Positions 1-12,790 of a stretch of DNA of 64,000 bases are shown one piece after another (the first letter of the stretch is position 1; each line of letters begins with the position of its first letter). Source of the stretch: Octopus sinensis (lineage: Eukaryota); NCBI RefSeq assembly GCF_006345805.1, contig NC_042998.1:79236001-79300000 (forward strand), read 5' to 3'. Below the pieces are notes generated by a model. That model was not told the DNA's origin, did no database searches, and saw only the letters and a program-made list of their open reading frames with translations. Made by a program: the position numbers and the translations under genes.

Positions 1-681
1 TTATTTTACTAAGCCCTTTTATATAATGTAATAATTTGAATTCGCCTTAAATGGTCCCTTTGCATACTGAATACTTGGTGAAATTGATTAATTAATTAAT
101 TTTACCCTCAATTGTTGAAATTATAATTCATCTCTCTCTATATAATGCCTCGGATTTTACCGAAAAAAGCATAGTGTTTACTGATTTTAACCCACGTTGG
201 TGGAAAGGGGAGAGCAGAAATTCTTCGCTTGCATTTTTGAGTTTGTTGGCACTGTTAGTTACGAGCAGATCTTCAGAAGCGATAAGAAGCCGAAAGGGTA
301 TGCTCCCACTTTCAGTGTTTTCAAATCCAAACCAGGGAGTTCTGAGCTGATGATAGAAATGTCGAGTTTGACTAATCTTGAAACGTACGTTCTCAAATAA
401 CCTTTGCATTTGATTTTTTAATGTCTCTACCCCCATATTTTCGTGAGTTGAATTGAGCAAACACTATATGAGAGAGGTTTTCTTTAAGTATTAGAAATAG
501 TTTTAAAAAAGTTTTTTTTGGCTGCTATTTCTAATGAGTTCAGTATGCGGCAAAGTAATTTATTTTACTAAGCCCTTTTATATAATGTAATAATTTGAAT
601 TCGCCTTAAATGGTCCCTTTGCATACTGAATACTTGGTGAAATTGATTAATTAATTAATTTTACCCTCAATTGTTGAAATT
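1..681 (+). mobile_element. Penelope-like pseudo-LTR / retrozyme-type remnant with 122-bp direct repeats
   Basis: Bases 1-122 recur at 560-681. The intervening DNA carries a hammerhead motif, and the element abuts (TA)n at 682-704. The left end is cut by the window edge. Confidence 0.45.
343..395 (+). ncRNA. Type I hammerhead ribozyme (near-canonical)
   Basis: Stem I TGAG(343-346)/CTCA(392-395), core CTGATGA(347-353), stem II AGA/TCT plus GTC/GAC with a T.T mismatch at its base, GAAA(380-383), palindromic stem III ACGTACGT, cleavage triplet GUU. Confidence 0.6.
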
Positions 682-704
682 ATATATATATATATATATA
701 TATA

Positions 705-1926
705 TTAAGGTATGTAGAAAAATACAACATGGACAAGAACGTATAACTCATAGAAGACGATACAATAAACATGGACAGGACATTCGAACCCCTCAGTCTT
801 CAGTCAAGAACCGGATCATCGTAGTAATTTCGGCTGATTAATCTTGAGATTACTAGATCACGGCCAGCCCTCCAAGAAAAACTAAGCTGGAAGCGTAGAT
901 TTCCTGGAAGAAGGATCGAATGCATACGAACACCAGGACAGCAAAAGGGACAGATATAAAAAAACAAAAAACAATAATGGAATACAGAAACATGAAATAC
1001 AGAAGCATTAACGGTGAAAACAACAAGTGTCTTACGACTGATAACAAGCAAACAAATTTTTTTCTCTGGCGCATTGGAAAAAGCCTTTATAGCGGCGGAC
1101 GAAGAACAACGATGTTAACACGACGAGGGTCAGGAGCTGAAAGGCAGATTTCGGCCAACAGTCACGTGACAGAGAAGAGGGAAAAGAAAAGAAAGAGAAG
1201 CAAAGGAAGAGAGAGAGAGAAAAGGGGGACAAAACGCAACAAAGAGAGAGAAGAGAGAGAAAGAAGGAATCAGAGAGGAGAAGGGATGGGTGTCGAAGAA
1301 TGACCTGTGAGTGCAGAGCGAGACAAAGAAATAGGAGGGTAGTGGAAGACTAGACCAAGGATCAGAGGAAGAGAAGATGAATAGAGAGAAAGTAAAAATG
1401 AGAGAGAGAGAGAGACAAACAGAGAGTCGTACCAATTATTAAGAATATGTGTTCACATTAATGATAAAGGGGGTACGGGGCGCCTGGAATATATGTTAAG
1501 GTATGTAGAAAAATACAACATGGACAAGAACGTATAACTCATAGAAGACGATACAATAAACATGGACAGGACATTCGAACCCCTCAGTCTTCAGTCAAGA
1601 ACCGGATCATCGTAGTAATTTCGGCTGATTAATCTTGAGATTACTAGATCACGGCCAGCCCTCCAAGAAAAACTAAGCTGGAAGCGTAGATTCCTGGAAG
1701 AAGGATCGAATGCATACGAACACCAGGACAGCAAAAGGGACAGATATAAAAAAACAAAAAACAATAATGGAATACAGAAACATGAAATACAGAAGCATTA
1801 ACGGTGAAAACAACAAGTGTCTTACGACTGATAACAAGCAAACAAATTTTTTTCTCTGGCGCATTGGAAAAAGCCTTTATAGCGGCGGACGAAGAACAAC
1901 GATGTTAACACGACGAGGGTCAGGAG

Positions 1927-1930
<4 letters not shown>
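705..1930. repeat. Two ~435-bp near-identical direct repeats (705-1140, 1496-1930) flanking a 355-bp purine-rich spacer, within (TA)n
   Basis: Direct comparison from 'ttaaggtatgtagaaaaat' to 'caggagctga'. (TA)n lies at 682-704 and 1931-2007. Confidence 0.75.
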
Positions 1931-2007
<77 letters not shown>

Positions 2008-2097
2008 GCATAAAGTTGCATGCATAAGCATTGTATACAAAATCCTTCTTGATAATTAATAATCCATATATACACACATACACCCGCATATATAAAC

Positions 2098-2156
<59 letters not shown>

Positions 2157-2649
2157 CGGAGAGAGAAAAAGAGAGAAGCAGAGAAAGAGAGAAAGAGAGA
2201 GAGATGCCCATATTATTTCTTTCTCAGTTTCATACAAACACATCAGTAAATTTCTGAAAACATCTCATATTATGAAGCCCCCGAACAATGGAAAGTAAAC
2301 CTGACCTGTCCGGGATTTTTAACTCAGAAATAAAGGAAAATAAATAAGCACTGCAAGGCATTTGTTCCAATGTAGTACAAAAAGCCCCAAAAAATTTCTG
2401 AAAACCATTGCCATTATATCAAATCTATATTGATAGAGTTGTCTTTATTCTAATAAAAGCTTGAATAGTATATTTTATCCTGTATTGCAGACTATATTTA
2501 TAAATCTCTAGGCACTACTGTATGAGCAGACAGATGCAAACGACATTGTCATTATAGACATAATCATTGTAGACTGATGTTTATATTCGTCTAAATATAT
2601 ACAGTGTAGACTAAAAATTTATAAGTATATGTTGCAGTGACACTCTCAA

Positions 2650-4100
<1,451 letters not shown>

Positions 4101-4488
4101 TGTTTCTTTATTAGCCACACAGGGCTGCACACAGATAGAACAAATTACAAGGTAGAGCTTTTCTTTTGAAGGTAAAAAAAATAAAAGAATAAAAATAAAA
4201 ATAAAAAAAAGGTGGGGTCGATCAAAAGGGATCGTAAAAGGAGAGAAAGAGGACAAAAAAAGGGGGGGTTAAAAAAATGGGGAGAGGAAAAAAATTGATC
4301 AATAGGGATCGTTATCACAGAAATGTCAATATGAAGTGTAAAGGGGAGGACAGGTGAGGTTTACCCGTGGAAAGAAAAGCCTACGGAAAAGACCACGGTA
4401 ACCTCGGTCAATGAGGTCACATGTTATATTTCTTCTTTTTTTTTTTTTTTTTTGCAAGTAAGCAACTCTCTGTATTAATTTTTATGGT

Positions 4489-7400
4489 TCATAGAATCAT
4501 AGTCAAGCTGGCTTCGTCATTCATACGTGCCATCCTTGCTACATTCACCCATCTTTTTTTAAAACATTCACTAGACAAAACTTGCCTCTCTACTCTCACT
4601 TTTTTCTTCAAGTGATACTTGAAGAAGTTGATGAGAGATTGACCAGAGAGGAAAGTGTTTGTCTCTAATCCTTTCAGGCGCGTCCACCAGATACATTCTT
4701 TCGCCATAGCCACAAGTATGATAAAAATAGCTCTTCCTTCCCGTTTGAAGGAAGGAGGCGTGATGATATTAACGATAGACTCGGCTGATAAACCGACACG
4801 TCCCACACGTGACAGCAGTCGTTCGACATAAGCCCACAGGTGGGAAATTGCTGGACACTGCACGATTGCGTGCAGAGCGGTTTCGTCGCTCTGCCCGCAT
4901 CTCGGGCAGGTCGGCCCCGTGTTTCTCGAGCCATGCCTATAGAGCTTATCCCGAACGGGTAACACTTCTCGGTAGCACCGCCAGGCCAGGGATCTCTGGA
5001 AGTTGTCCATAGGTCCCGGGCCGAAAGTCGTTTGAAACCGGCGGGTCAGGTATTCCTCGTCGACGCCCAGGTTTGCCCCGAGCTCGTCGTCGTACCTCCC
5101 CTCCACTAATCCCCTATAGAATGCTTTGGTTGTGTTGAAGTCACTCAAGGTCGACCCGGGACAGCAGAGTTGCTTGAGAGCAACGCGACACTCGCGGTGC
5201 CATTCGCCCTTCCTCGGCCTCTTTTTGATCCACGACTGTAGTTCGGTCATGGAGACGAGTTGCGGGAATGCGTGCCTCACAAACGGCGACCACACCTGTT
5301 CACCGTCGTCTACATAGAGCCGGAGATGTCGCAGTCTCAGCGCGTGTCTGCGCATCATCAACCACGGCATGCCCAGCCCTCCTTTTAACGGGTGTTGACA
5401 GCAAATGGATCGCCTGACCATCGGGACGCATCCTTTCCACAAGAAGCGGAAGAGGATGCGTTCTAGTTGGTGATGGTAGGGTCGGGACAAGGTACGACGG
5501 TCAGGCGGTAGTAGATGATGGACGCGATGTACGCGTTCACCACCTCCGCCCGACCTTTTAGGGACAGTTTCCTCTCGGCCCATTGCTGGGCGAGAGTGAC
5601 CACCCTACTCGTTATCTCGTTCCAGTTCTTCTCCATTTGGAGGTCCGGACCGAACCAGACCCCGAACAACTCAACCGGGCCGTCTGTCCAGGGTCCCACG
5701 ACGGAGGTACTGGTGGACGGCATGGGCTTGCTTCTCCAGGTGCCGAGCCGCAGGCCCACTGACTTTTCCCGGTTGATTTTTGCTCCTGTCACCGCTTCGT
5801 AGTCTTTCAGTGTCTCGCCGACCCGCTCGATGTGCTCGTGGCTTGACACCATGACGGTGACGTCGTCCGCGTATGCAGACACGCTCGTCCCGCATCCCAA
5901 TTCTCGCGGGATGCCCCTTAGAGTCGCCAGCTTCCGCAGTAGTGGCTCAAGAGTCAATACGTATAGAAGCGCCGAGAGGGGGCATCCCTGACGGACCGAA
6001 CGTGCAATGTCGAAAGGTCTCGATAGATGTCCATTTACGCGAATTACCGAACGGATGCCTCTGTACAAGGCAGCTATCCAGCCGCGGAAGACGGGACCGA
6101 AACCAGCCGCTCTCAGGACTGCCTCCAAGTATCGATGGTCTACCCTATCAAAGGCTTTCGATTGATCCAAGTTGATCAGGGCCCCACCCATGCCAGGTTC
6201 GTTAACTACCCTGTCTATGATGTAGCGCATCAGATGGAGGTTGTCATGGATGCTCCGGCCCGGCACGGCGCACGCTTGTGTTTGTCGACCAGTTTCTCGA
6301 TGACAAGCGCCAACCTCTTGGCTAACACCTTTGTCAAAATTTTCAGGTCTGCATTGAGCAGCGTGATTGGTCTAAAGTTATCTATAATGTTTCCCTTGTT
6401 TGGATCTTTCTTCAGCAGAGTTACAGCTCCTCGACTCACAAAACCGGGTATGCTCCCGTTTTGCTGCCAGTTGCAGTATATACCGCTGCCAAGACGTCTC
6501 CAAACAAGTCTGGCATACAATTGTAAAACTCGTAGGGTATACCATCCAAACCGGTGATTTGTCCCTCGAGCATTCTGCTATCGCTTCCTGCACTTCCGCC
6601 GCCGTGATGGCACCTTCGCAGCACCCTGCCTTTCTTGTCGAGAGTCGTGGCAGGCTATGTAGGTAGGCACTGAAGTCCACCCTACGTTCTTGCCATCCAC
6701 TCGTCCCGAACAGTCGGGCAAAATGCTGCTGAAAGGCCTCACACATTTTACTTGGCTCGAGCAATTCGCGCCCCTGTTCATCTACCAGTGACCGAATGGT
6801 GGCTTTGTTGCCCTGTTGCGCCTCTGCCACCCGGGCCTCTCTCGCGGCTCCAACACCTTCGTTCCTTAGAGCACGCATCCTAGCTCTGACAGCACATCCT
6901 TCGTGTTTGGCGTTGAAGTGTTGGTCGAGGGCCAACCTCGCCGCCAAAACGTCGGATGCGATGCCGCTTCTAATTGCCTCTTCTAGCTTCTTAACTAGCT
7001 CACCCTCTACTCTATTTCTATCTATGGCTAGTGCTTTGCTGTACCTAATCGCTTCTGCTTTTACTGCTCTCTGAGGGCAAACCACCATTTGTTGTTGATG
7101 ATGGCTCCCGTCAAAGCCCTCTTTACTAGTGTGCTAATCCGGTCTCTGAAAACTTGTCTGGACGGGAATGATGCGTTCAGTTTCCAGTACCCAGGACCCT
7201 GTCTATGTGCCTTATCTAAGTCTAGCGTACACGTCACCAATTTGTGATCCGTGTAGCTGACTGTGTGGAATTGTGGACATCTTAAGTTATCCTTGTCTAC
7301 TGTCCTACACAGTATCCTATCTAGATACGATCTCGACGACCCACTGCGGTTGCTCCATGTCCACGTTGGTGCATTTGGGTGGTCGAGTCGGTACCTGTCA

Positions 7401-7926
7401 GACAGTTGGAATCGTCTGAGCAGGTCTCTGAGGCATTTGCATCCCCTTCTGTTTCTGTCTCTACCCACGTAGTCTACATGCGTGTCCAAGGTAGCATTCC
7501 AATCCCCCACTAAGAGTAAAGGACGAGACGTTCCCAAGAATACTTCTAGACGTCGAAAGAAATCCGCCCGACCTGTTAAGGGCGGTGCGTAGACTGATAC
7601 GAGTCGAAAAGCGCACCCATTGCTGCCGTCAACATCCAGAACGATCAGTCTACCCTCCGGGTCTACGAATATCGTCTTGACTTCGAGATCCAGGCTCTTG
7701 TGAAAAAGTACCGCGGTGCTGCTACTACCGCCCATCCTCGGCAGACAGGGAGCGAAATAATGTTAAACTGTCCGCCAAACATGGACTTTAGGGCCCGTGG
7801 CTCGAGGAGTCTGGTCTCACTTATGGCTATGGTTCCCAAATCATGTGACTTGATGTCATTTAGGAGGTATCCTTGTTTCCAAGGAGACCCCAAGCCACGC
7901 GCATTCACACAACCAATCTTGACCAT
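4489..7926 (-). pseudogene. LINE ORF2 (AP endonuclease, reverse transcriptase, C-terminal zinc finger), frameshifted into about six pieces
   Basis: ATG at 7926. APE motifs CVNARGL, SETR, VYAP, GDWN, LDRIL, TDHKLV, YWKLN. RT motifs NFRPITLLN, LDQSKAFDRV, RQGCPLS, YADD, KINREKS. Zinc finger CPRCGQSDETALHAIVQC. Confidence 0.92.
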
Positions 7927-7975
7927 GATTCTATTGGGGTGTGTGCTTTAAAACACACAATGAAAGTACAGAGAG

Positions 7976-9538
7976 TTACTTACTTGTGTCGAAAGTTTTG
8001 GCTTCCTCGTTCTTTGATGTGTCTTCGAGGAGGTTTTTATATAGTTTTTGGGACAGATATTTCTGGAAACCCCCTACATCATTTGGGAAGAGGGCTTTGA
8101 GTTTGTGGTGTTGTGTTTGTGTGATGTGTAGTATTTTGATGTGTTTGGGTGGTGTAGTGCGTGGATGATTGCTATTTTTAAAGTCATTTTCACAAATGTT
8201 TGTGTATCCTGTGATGTACTCCATTAGTTTGGAGTCTTTGGTGTCTATCGCTGATAGCATTGTTTTTGTGGTGTTGGTGCTTGTTTTGTTGTGTATGGAG
8301 TTTTCAGGGTTGAGGTATCTCCCTGCTTTGGTTGCGATTTCTTGTTTGGTTTTTCTTGATCTTTTTCTTTTACCCCCTGTGGCTATTTGCCATTCTGTCG
8401 AACTTTCATCGTTAGATGAAAAGTCTGACGAATCAGCAGGGGGCAAGGGTAAAGCGTCTGGGTGTGTTTGTGCGGTTGTAGATATTGTTGTGGTGCGCGG
8501 GGAGGGTGTTGCTGGGGGGTTTGTTGTGGTTATTGTCTCTCCTACATCCTTGGTGCTTGTCTTCTTCGTTGTTATTCTTGGTGTTGGAATTGGTTTATTT
8601 GTTGTTGGTGGTGATGATTCTGTTCTTGGCGCTGGTGTTGGTGTTGTTTGGTTGGGTTGGCTTGTTCCTTGTTGTTTTTCCTGCATTTCCGCATACAGCT
8701 TCTTGACTAGCTGTCCATATTGTGGTGTGGGCAATAATGCTGGCTTTTGTGATTTTTCCTGTGGCTGTTGTTGTTGTTGTAATTTTGCGGCAGATTTGCA
8801 CTCCTTTTTGAGGTGTGCCTCACTGCCACATGTATAGCATCGTGGCCTTCTGCCCTCGACTACTACGTATAACTTGCGGCCATCCTCAAGATGTACGTGG
8901 GTGGGGATTTTATTTATGTCCTCTTGACTTATGTAGAAGAGGAACTCTATTCTCTTTCCCAGCCAGTCCTTGTTTTCCGAAACACCGATATCTAGGATGT
9001 TTAAGTCCTCCATTTCGGATGTTAAGGCGGATGTTATCCACAGTGTTGTAGTCACTTGGGGGACACCACTGATAATGACCTTCGTCACCTTCTGGCCGAA
9101 GTAACTCGGTGTCATCGTTAGTTCATCAGAATGAAGGGTTATCGTTGAGAATTTCTTCGCCAACTCTTCATTCTGAAAAACCACCTGTACGTGTGCGAAC
9201 TTGTTCGCCCAAGTCACACAATCCTTGTATCCCCAGATGGGGCGTAAGCACTTTTCGACTTTGTCTGTGCTTGCCTTTTCTGGACTTTTAGTTTTTTTAT
9301 TTGTGATTTTATATACAATTGTCTTTTTTTTCTCCTCATTCAGTATGTGTTGAGGTATGTGTAAGAGTATTTTTCCGTTTTCATTTGTAATAAGGTTTCT
9401 GCAATCTTTAATCTGTTGTGTAGTAAACGAAACTTTTGTTACCTTTTCTTTTATCGCCTCGGCGAAGTTTGTTGTTGTTTTGTTATTGTTGTTACTGCCG
9501 GTGGTGTTGGTGTTGATGGCTAAATGAAACCACGAAGG
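7976..9538 (-). CDS. LINE ORF1 (gag-like nucleic-acid-binding protein)
   Basis: The frame is open stop-to-stop from 9538 to 7976 by hand translation, longer than the track's 9217 GTG start. It has a CX2CX4HX4C knuckle (CYTCGSEAHLKKEC), a T/P-rich linker and basic KRKRSRK. First in-frame ATG is at 9115. Confidence 0.8.
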   Translation of the reverse strand, partial: PSWFHLAINTNTTGSNNNNKTTTNFAEAIKEKVTKVSFTTQQIKDCRNLITNENGKILLHIPQHILNEEKKKTIVYKITNKKTKSPEKASTDKVEKCLRPIWGYKDCVTWANKFAHVQVVFQNEELAKKFSTITLHSDELTMTPSYFGQKVTKVIISGVPQVTTTLWITSALTSEMEDLNILDIGVSENKDWLGKRIEFLFYISQEDINKIPTHVHLEDGRKLYVVVEGRRPRCYTCGSEAHLKKECKSAAKLQQQQQPQEKSQKPALLPTPQYGQLVKKLYAEMQEKQQGTSQPNQTTPTPAPRTESSPPTTNKPIPTPRITTKKTSTKDVGETITTTNPPATPSPRTTTISTTAQTHPDALPLPPADSSDFSSNDESSTEWQIATGGKRKRSRKTKQEIATKAGRYLNPENSIHNKTSTNTTKTMLSAIDTKDSKLMEYITGYTNICENDFKNSNHPRTTPPKHIKILHITQTQHHKLKALFPNDVGGFQKYLSQKLYKNLLEDTSKNEEAKTFDTSK

Positions 9539-9726
9539 CTATGAGAATTTTTTCTTTTAAATTTTGCCCACAAGGGGCAAAATTTTGTGTAGATATTTAT
9601 CAAAGGTTTGCAGTGGATGTTGTTGCACAACTTTTAAACACAAAATATTTGTCAATATACACTTTTGAACGTACAAAAATACCAACTTACGTGGAGCCCA
9701 TTTGACTTGCGTCTGTCTGTCCAGAG

Positions 9727-9847
<121 letters not shown>

Positions 9848-9975
9848 TGCGACGGACTTCTTTCAGTTTCCGTTTGTCAAATCCACTCACATGGCATTGG
9901 TCGGCCCGAGGCTTTAGTAGAAGACAATTGCTCTAGATGCCACGCGGTGGGACTGGAGCCGGAACCATGTGATCT
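9848..9975 (-). mobile_element. tRNA-derived SINE head (family A)
   Basis: Reverse complement of the head seen at 23226-23390. Confidence 0.75.
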
Positions 9976-10134
9976 CCCAGCAACACATTATCTGTAAACT
10001 ACATAAAACTACTGTTGTACAAGCGCAACACATATTTGGTATTAGAAAGATAAAGGGGGAACCACATTATTACATGGATAATGGTAAAATAATGTAAACG
10101 TGTTAGTAATACGTAAAAGGACTGTTAGTTTATC

Positions 10135-10600
10135 GTACAGAGAAGATATTAAGCGACTAGAGTCCTTCGATCACCTCTGTCTATGCCGCATCCTTTGTGT
10201 CCGATGGCATCACTTTGTCTCCAACAATTCGGTGCGACACCAGGGCAAAATCACCTCCTTCCGACAAGTCATCCTAACAAGACGTCTACGTTGACTGGGT
10301 ATTGCCCTCCGTCGTCAACCAGGAGAATTCATCTACGAAGCAATTTCCCCAGCTCCCCTTCAGGGTTGGCGAAAACAATGTGGTGGACAACGAAAAACCT
10401 GGCTGATGACAGTCAAGGCTGATCTGGAACCCAACCTAGGCCCCCATGTTTATGGTTGGAGATCACGCGGTCGTTACCCTCAAATCGCCAGGCCTGGTCG
10501 GCGTTTGTGAGAGATGCAGCATTGAGAATGAATGAAGCCAGCTCAACCCACCCCGGGTGAATGCTGTCTCAAGACAAGTCAAGACAAGACAAGACAGAGA
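10135..10600 (+). mobile_element. RTE-clade LINE 3' fragment
   Basis: REDIKRLESFDHLCLCRILCVRW...RRLR*LG...GGQRKTW, followed by a (CAAGA)n-type tail. Confidence 0.7.
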
Positions 10601-10779
10601 AACGTCAAGATTCTACTCGAACCTTAAATAAAAGAATCAAACTATTTTTGACCAACCAACATTTTCCTAGAGTTACAAACAGGAGTCATCTAATATGTAA
10701 CAGATGGCAGATGACGACAGCGGCTATTTTTTATTTGTGTCTGGAGCAAGGAGAAGTGATCATAGTCTTTGCAATGAAT

Positions 10780-11085
10780 CTTAGACTGATGTGACTGACT
10801 CCATCAATTTACTTTTAGAGATATCTAAGCTGGAAAGACATGAGCACAGAGTGGATTGTTGGAGGCCAATGTTTTAAGATGGAAAGACTGGGTGTGAGCG
10901 AACTGTTCAAAATTTGTGAACTGCATGCGCAGATGATGAGAGGAGGGGAAATGAGTGAATTGGGAATGCCAGAGTAAGAATGGAATTAGTCCAGCCAGCT
11001 ACAAGGAGCTGAGGTTATAATGATGCCGGTAGAAAAGGAGACGAGGGAAGTGACACTGCGCAAGGGAACTACAAGCATGATACAC
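10780..11085 (-). mobile_element. Decayed CR1/Jockey-group LINE 3' fragment
   Basis: Degenerate RRSVTSLVSFYRHHYNLSS..LAGLIP and AHVFP motifs in hand translation. Confidence 0.45.
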
Positions 11086-11116
11086 ACACAGACAGACACA
11101 CACACACATTTATATT

Positions 11117-11346
11117 ATTTGTGTATTAAGGCTACCGTTGGCTTCATGTTAAGAAAAATAACTTAGTATCTTAATAATTTTTCAAGTCGATCACATATAG
11201 AGGAATGGTGTTCGTCTCCATTTTGGATACTTTCATAAAAAATGGAAACGAGCACCATTCCTCCATGTGATCGGCTTGAAAAATTATTAAGATATTAAGT
11301 TATTTTTCTTAACATGAAACCAATGGTAGTCTTAATACAAAAATAA
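11117..11346. mobile_element. Palindromic foldback element (~230 bp)
   Basis: The left arm 'gtattaaggctaccgttggcttcatgttaag...' is the reverse complement of the right arm, with a short central loop at ~11222-11240. Confidence 0.8.
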
Positions 11347-11399
11347 AGTTTATCTACCAATGCGGTGTTCAGCACTCATTCTTGTTGTTCGACATTTAT

Positions 11400-11426
11400 G
11401 TATGTATACATATATGTATATATACA

Positions 11427-11476
<50 letters not shown>

Positions 11477-11482
11477 CATACA

Positions 11483-11515
<33 letters not shown>

Positions 11516-11613
11516 GTATATTTATATTTATATATATATGATATATATGTATATGTATATATATGTATATGTATATATATATATATGTATGTATATGTAT
11601 GTATGTATATATG

Positions 11614-11644
<31 letters not shown>

Positions 11645-11659
11645 ATGTGCGTGTATGTC

Positions 11660-11690
<31 letters not shown>

Positions 11691-11850
11691 CTGACTTTTA
11701 CTGTTCGACGTTTTGCAGTTTGAAATCGATTTCTTAAAAGTAGTTATAAGGTGACATTTTATCTATCTTAGTAGATTAATATAGGTACGAGACAATAAAA
11801 ATAACAAACATACAGGGGAGGAGAATAGGATACATGTGTATGTGTGCTTG

Positions 11851-11906
<56 letters not shown>

Positions 11907-12068
11907 CACGTATGTATATATATATAGATATATGTATATATATGTATACATATATATACATATGATGTAGATATGTGTATGTATGTATAAATACATATGT
12001 GTGTAGACACATACACAAACACAAGAACAAATACACACTCATGAATGCATATCTACATACACGCATAC

Positions 12069-12099
<31 letters not shown>

Positions 12100-12120
12100 C
12101 ATACATACATACATACAGTT
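11400..12120. repeat. Compound (TA)/(TATG)/(TACA) microsatellite field
   Basis: Direct read. Confidence 0.9.
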
Positions 12121-12472
12121 ATGCATACAAATATTAATGAGTTATTTGCGGGTTGATTGGTAAGACAAATCTCAGTGAACTATTGTTTGAATATTCTCTG
12201 AAAATAAAACCAATCTCATCTGACGAATAATAAATTGAATCGTATTAAATCAGATCGTGTTCTATTCTAATTCCGACGTGAATAAAACGAATGATAAAGC
12301 AGACGACAACAAGATGGGAGAGAATATTTTTAGACCAATCAGATTGCTCAATATCTGAAAATTTAGAAAGAGCCGAATCTGAAATATGGACGTAAAAGTC
12401 TCCGAGCTATGCCGTCTAAGATATTTAATCGCAAAATCATATGACTTAAGAAAATCAAGAATGTCTTGTATC

Positions 12473-12474
<2 letters not shown>

Positions 12475-12508
<34 letters not shown>

Positions 12509-12719
12509 TAGTAGAAGTAGTAGTCGTCGTCATCGTCGTAGTAGTAGTAATAGTAGTAAGTAGTAGTAGTAGTAGTAGTAGTAGCAGCAGCAGCAGTAGT
12601 AGTAGTAGTAAGTAGTAGTTGTAGTAGTAAGTAGTAGTAGTAGTAGTAGTAAGTAATAGTAGTAGTAGTAGTAGTAAGTAATAGTAGTAGTAGTAGTAGT
12701 AGTAGTGGTAGTAGTAGAT

Positions 12720-12754
<35 letters not shown>

Positions 12755-12757
12755 AGT

Positions 12758-12790
<33 letters not shown>

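Noticed and set aside
128-460. 110-aa ORF as a possible gene
   Set aside because: No recognisable motif; it overlaps the antisense of the hammerhead-bearing repeat.
705-1140. Classical LTR, or a hammerhead in the 435-bp repeat
   Set aside because: No TG..CA ends and no primer-binding site; the minus-strand CTGAAGA is followed by GAAT with no valid stem II.
8169-8837. 222-aa hydrophobic ORF on the plus strand
   Set aside because: Antisense shadow of the A/C-rich LINE ORF1.
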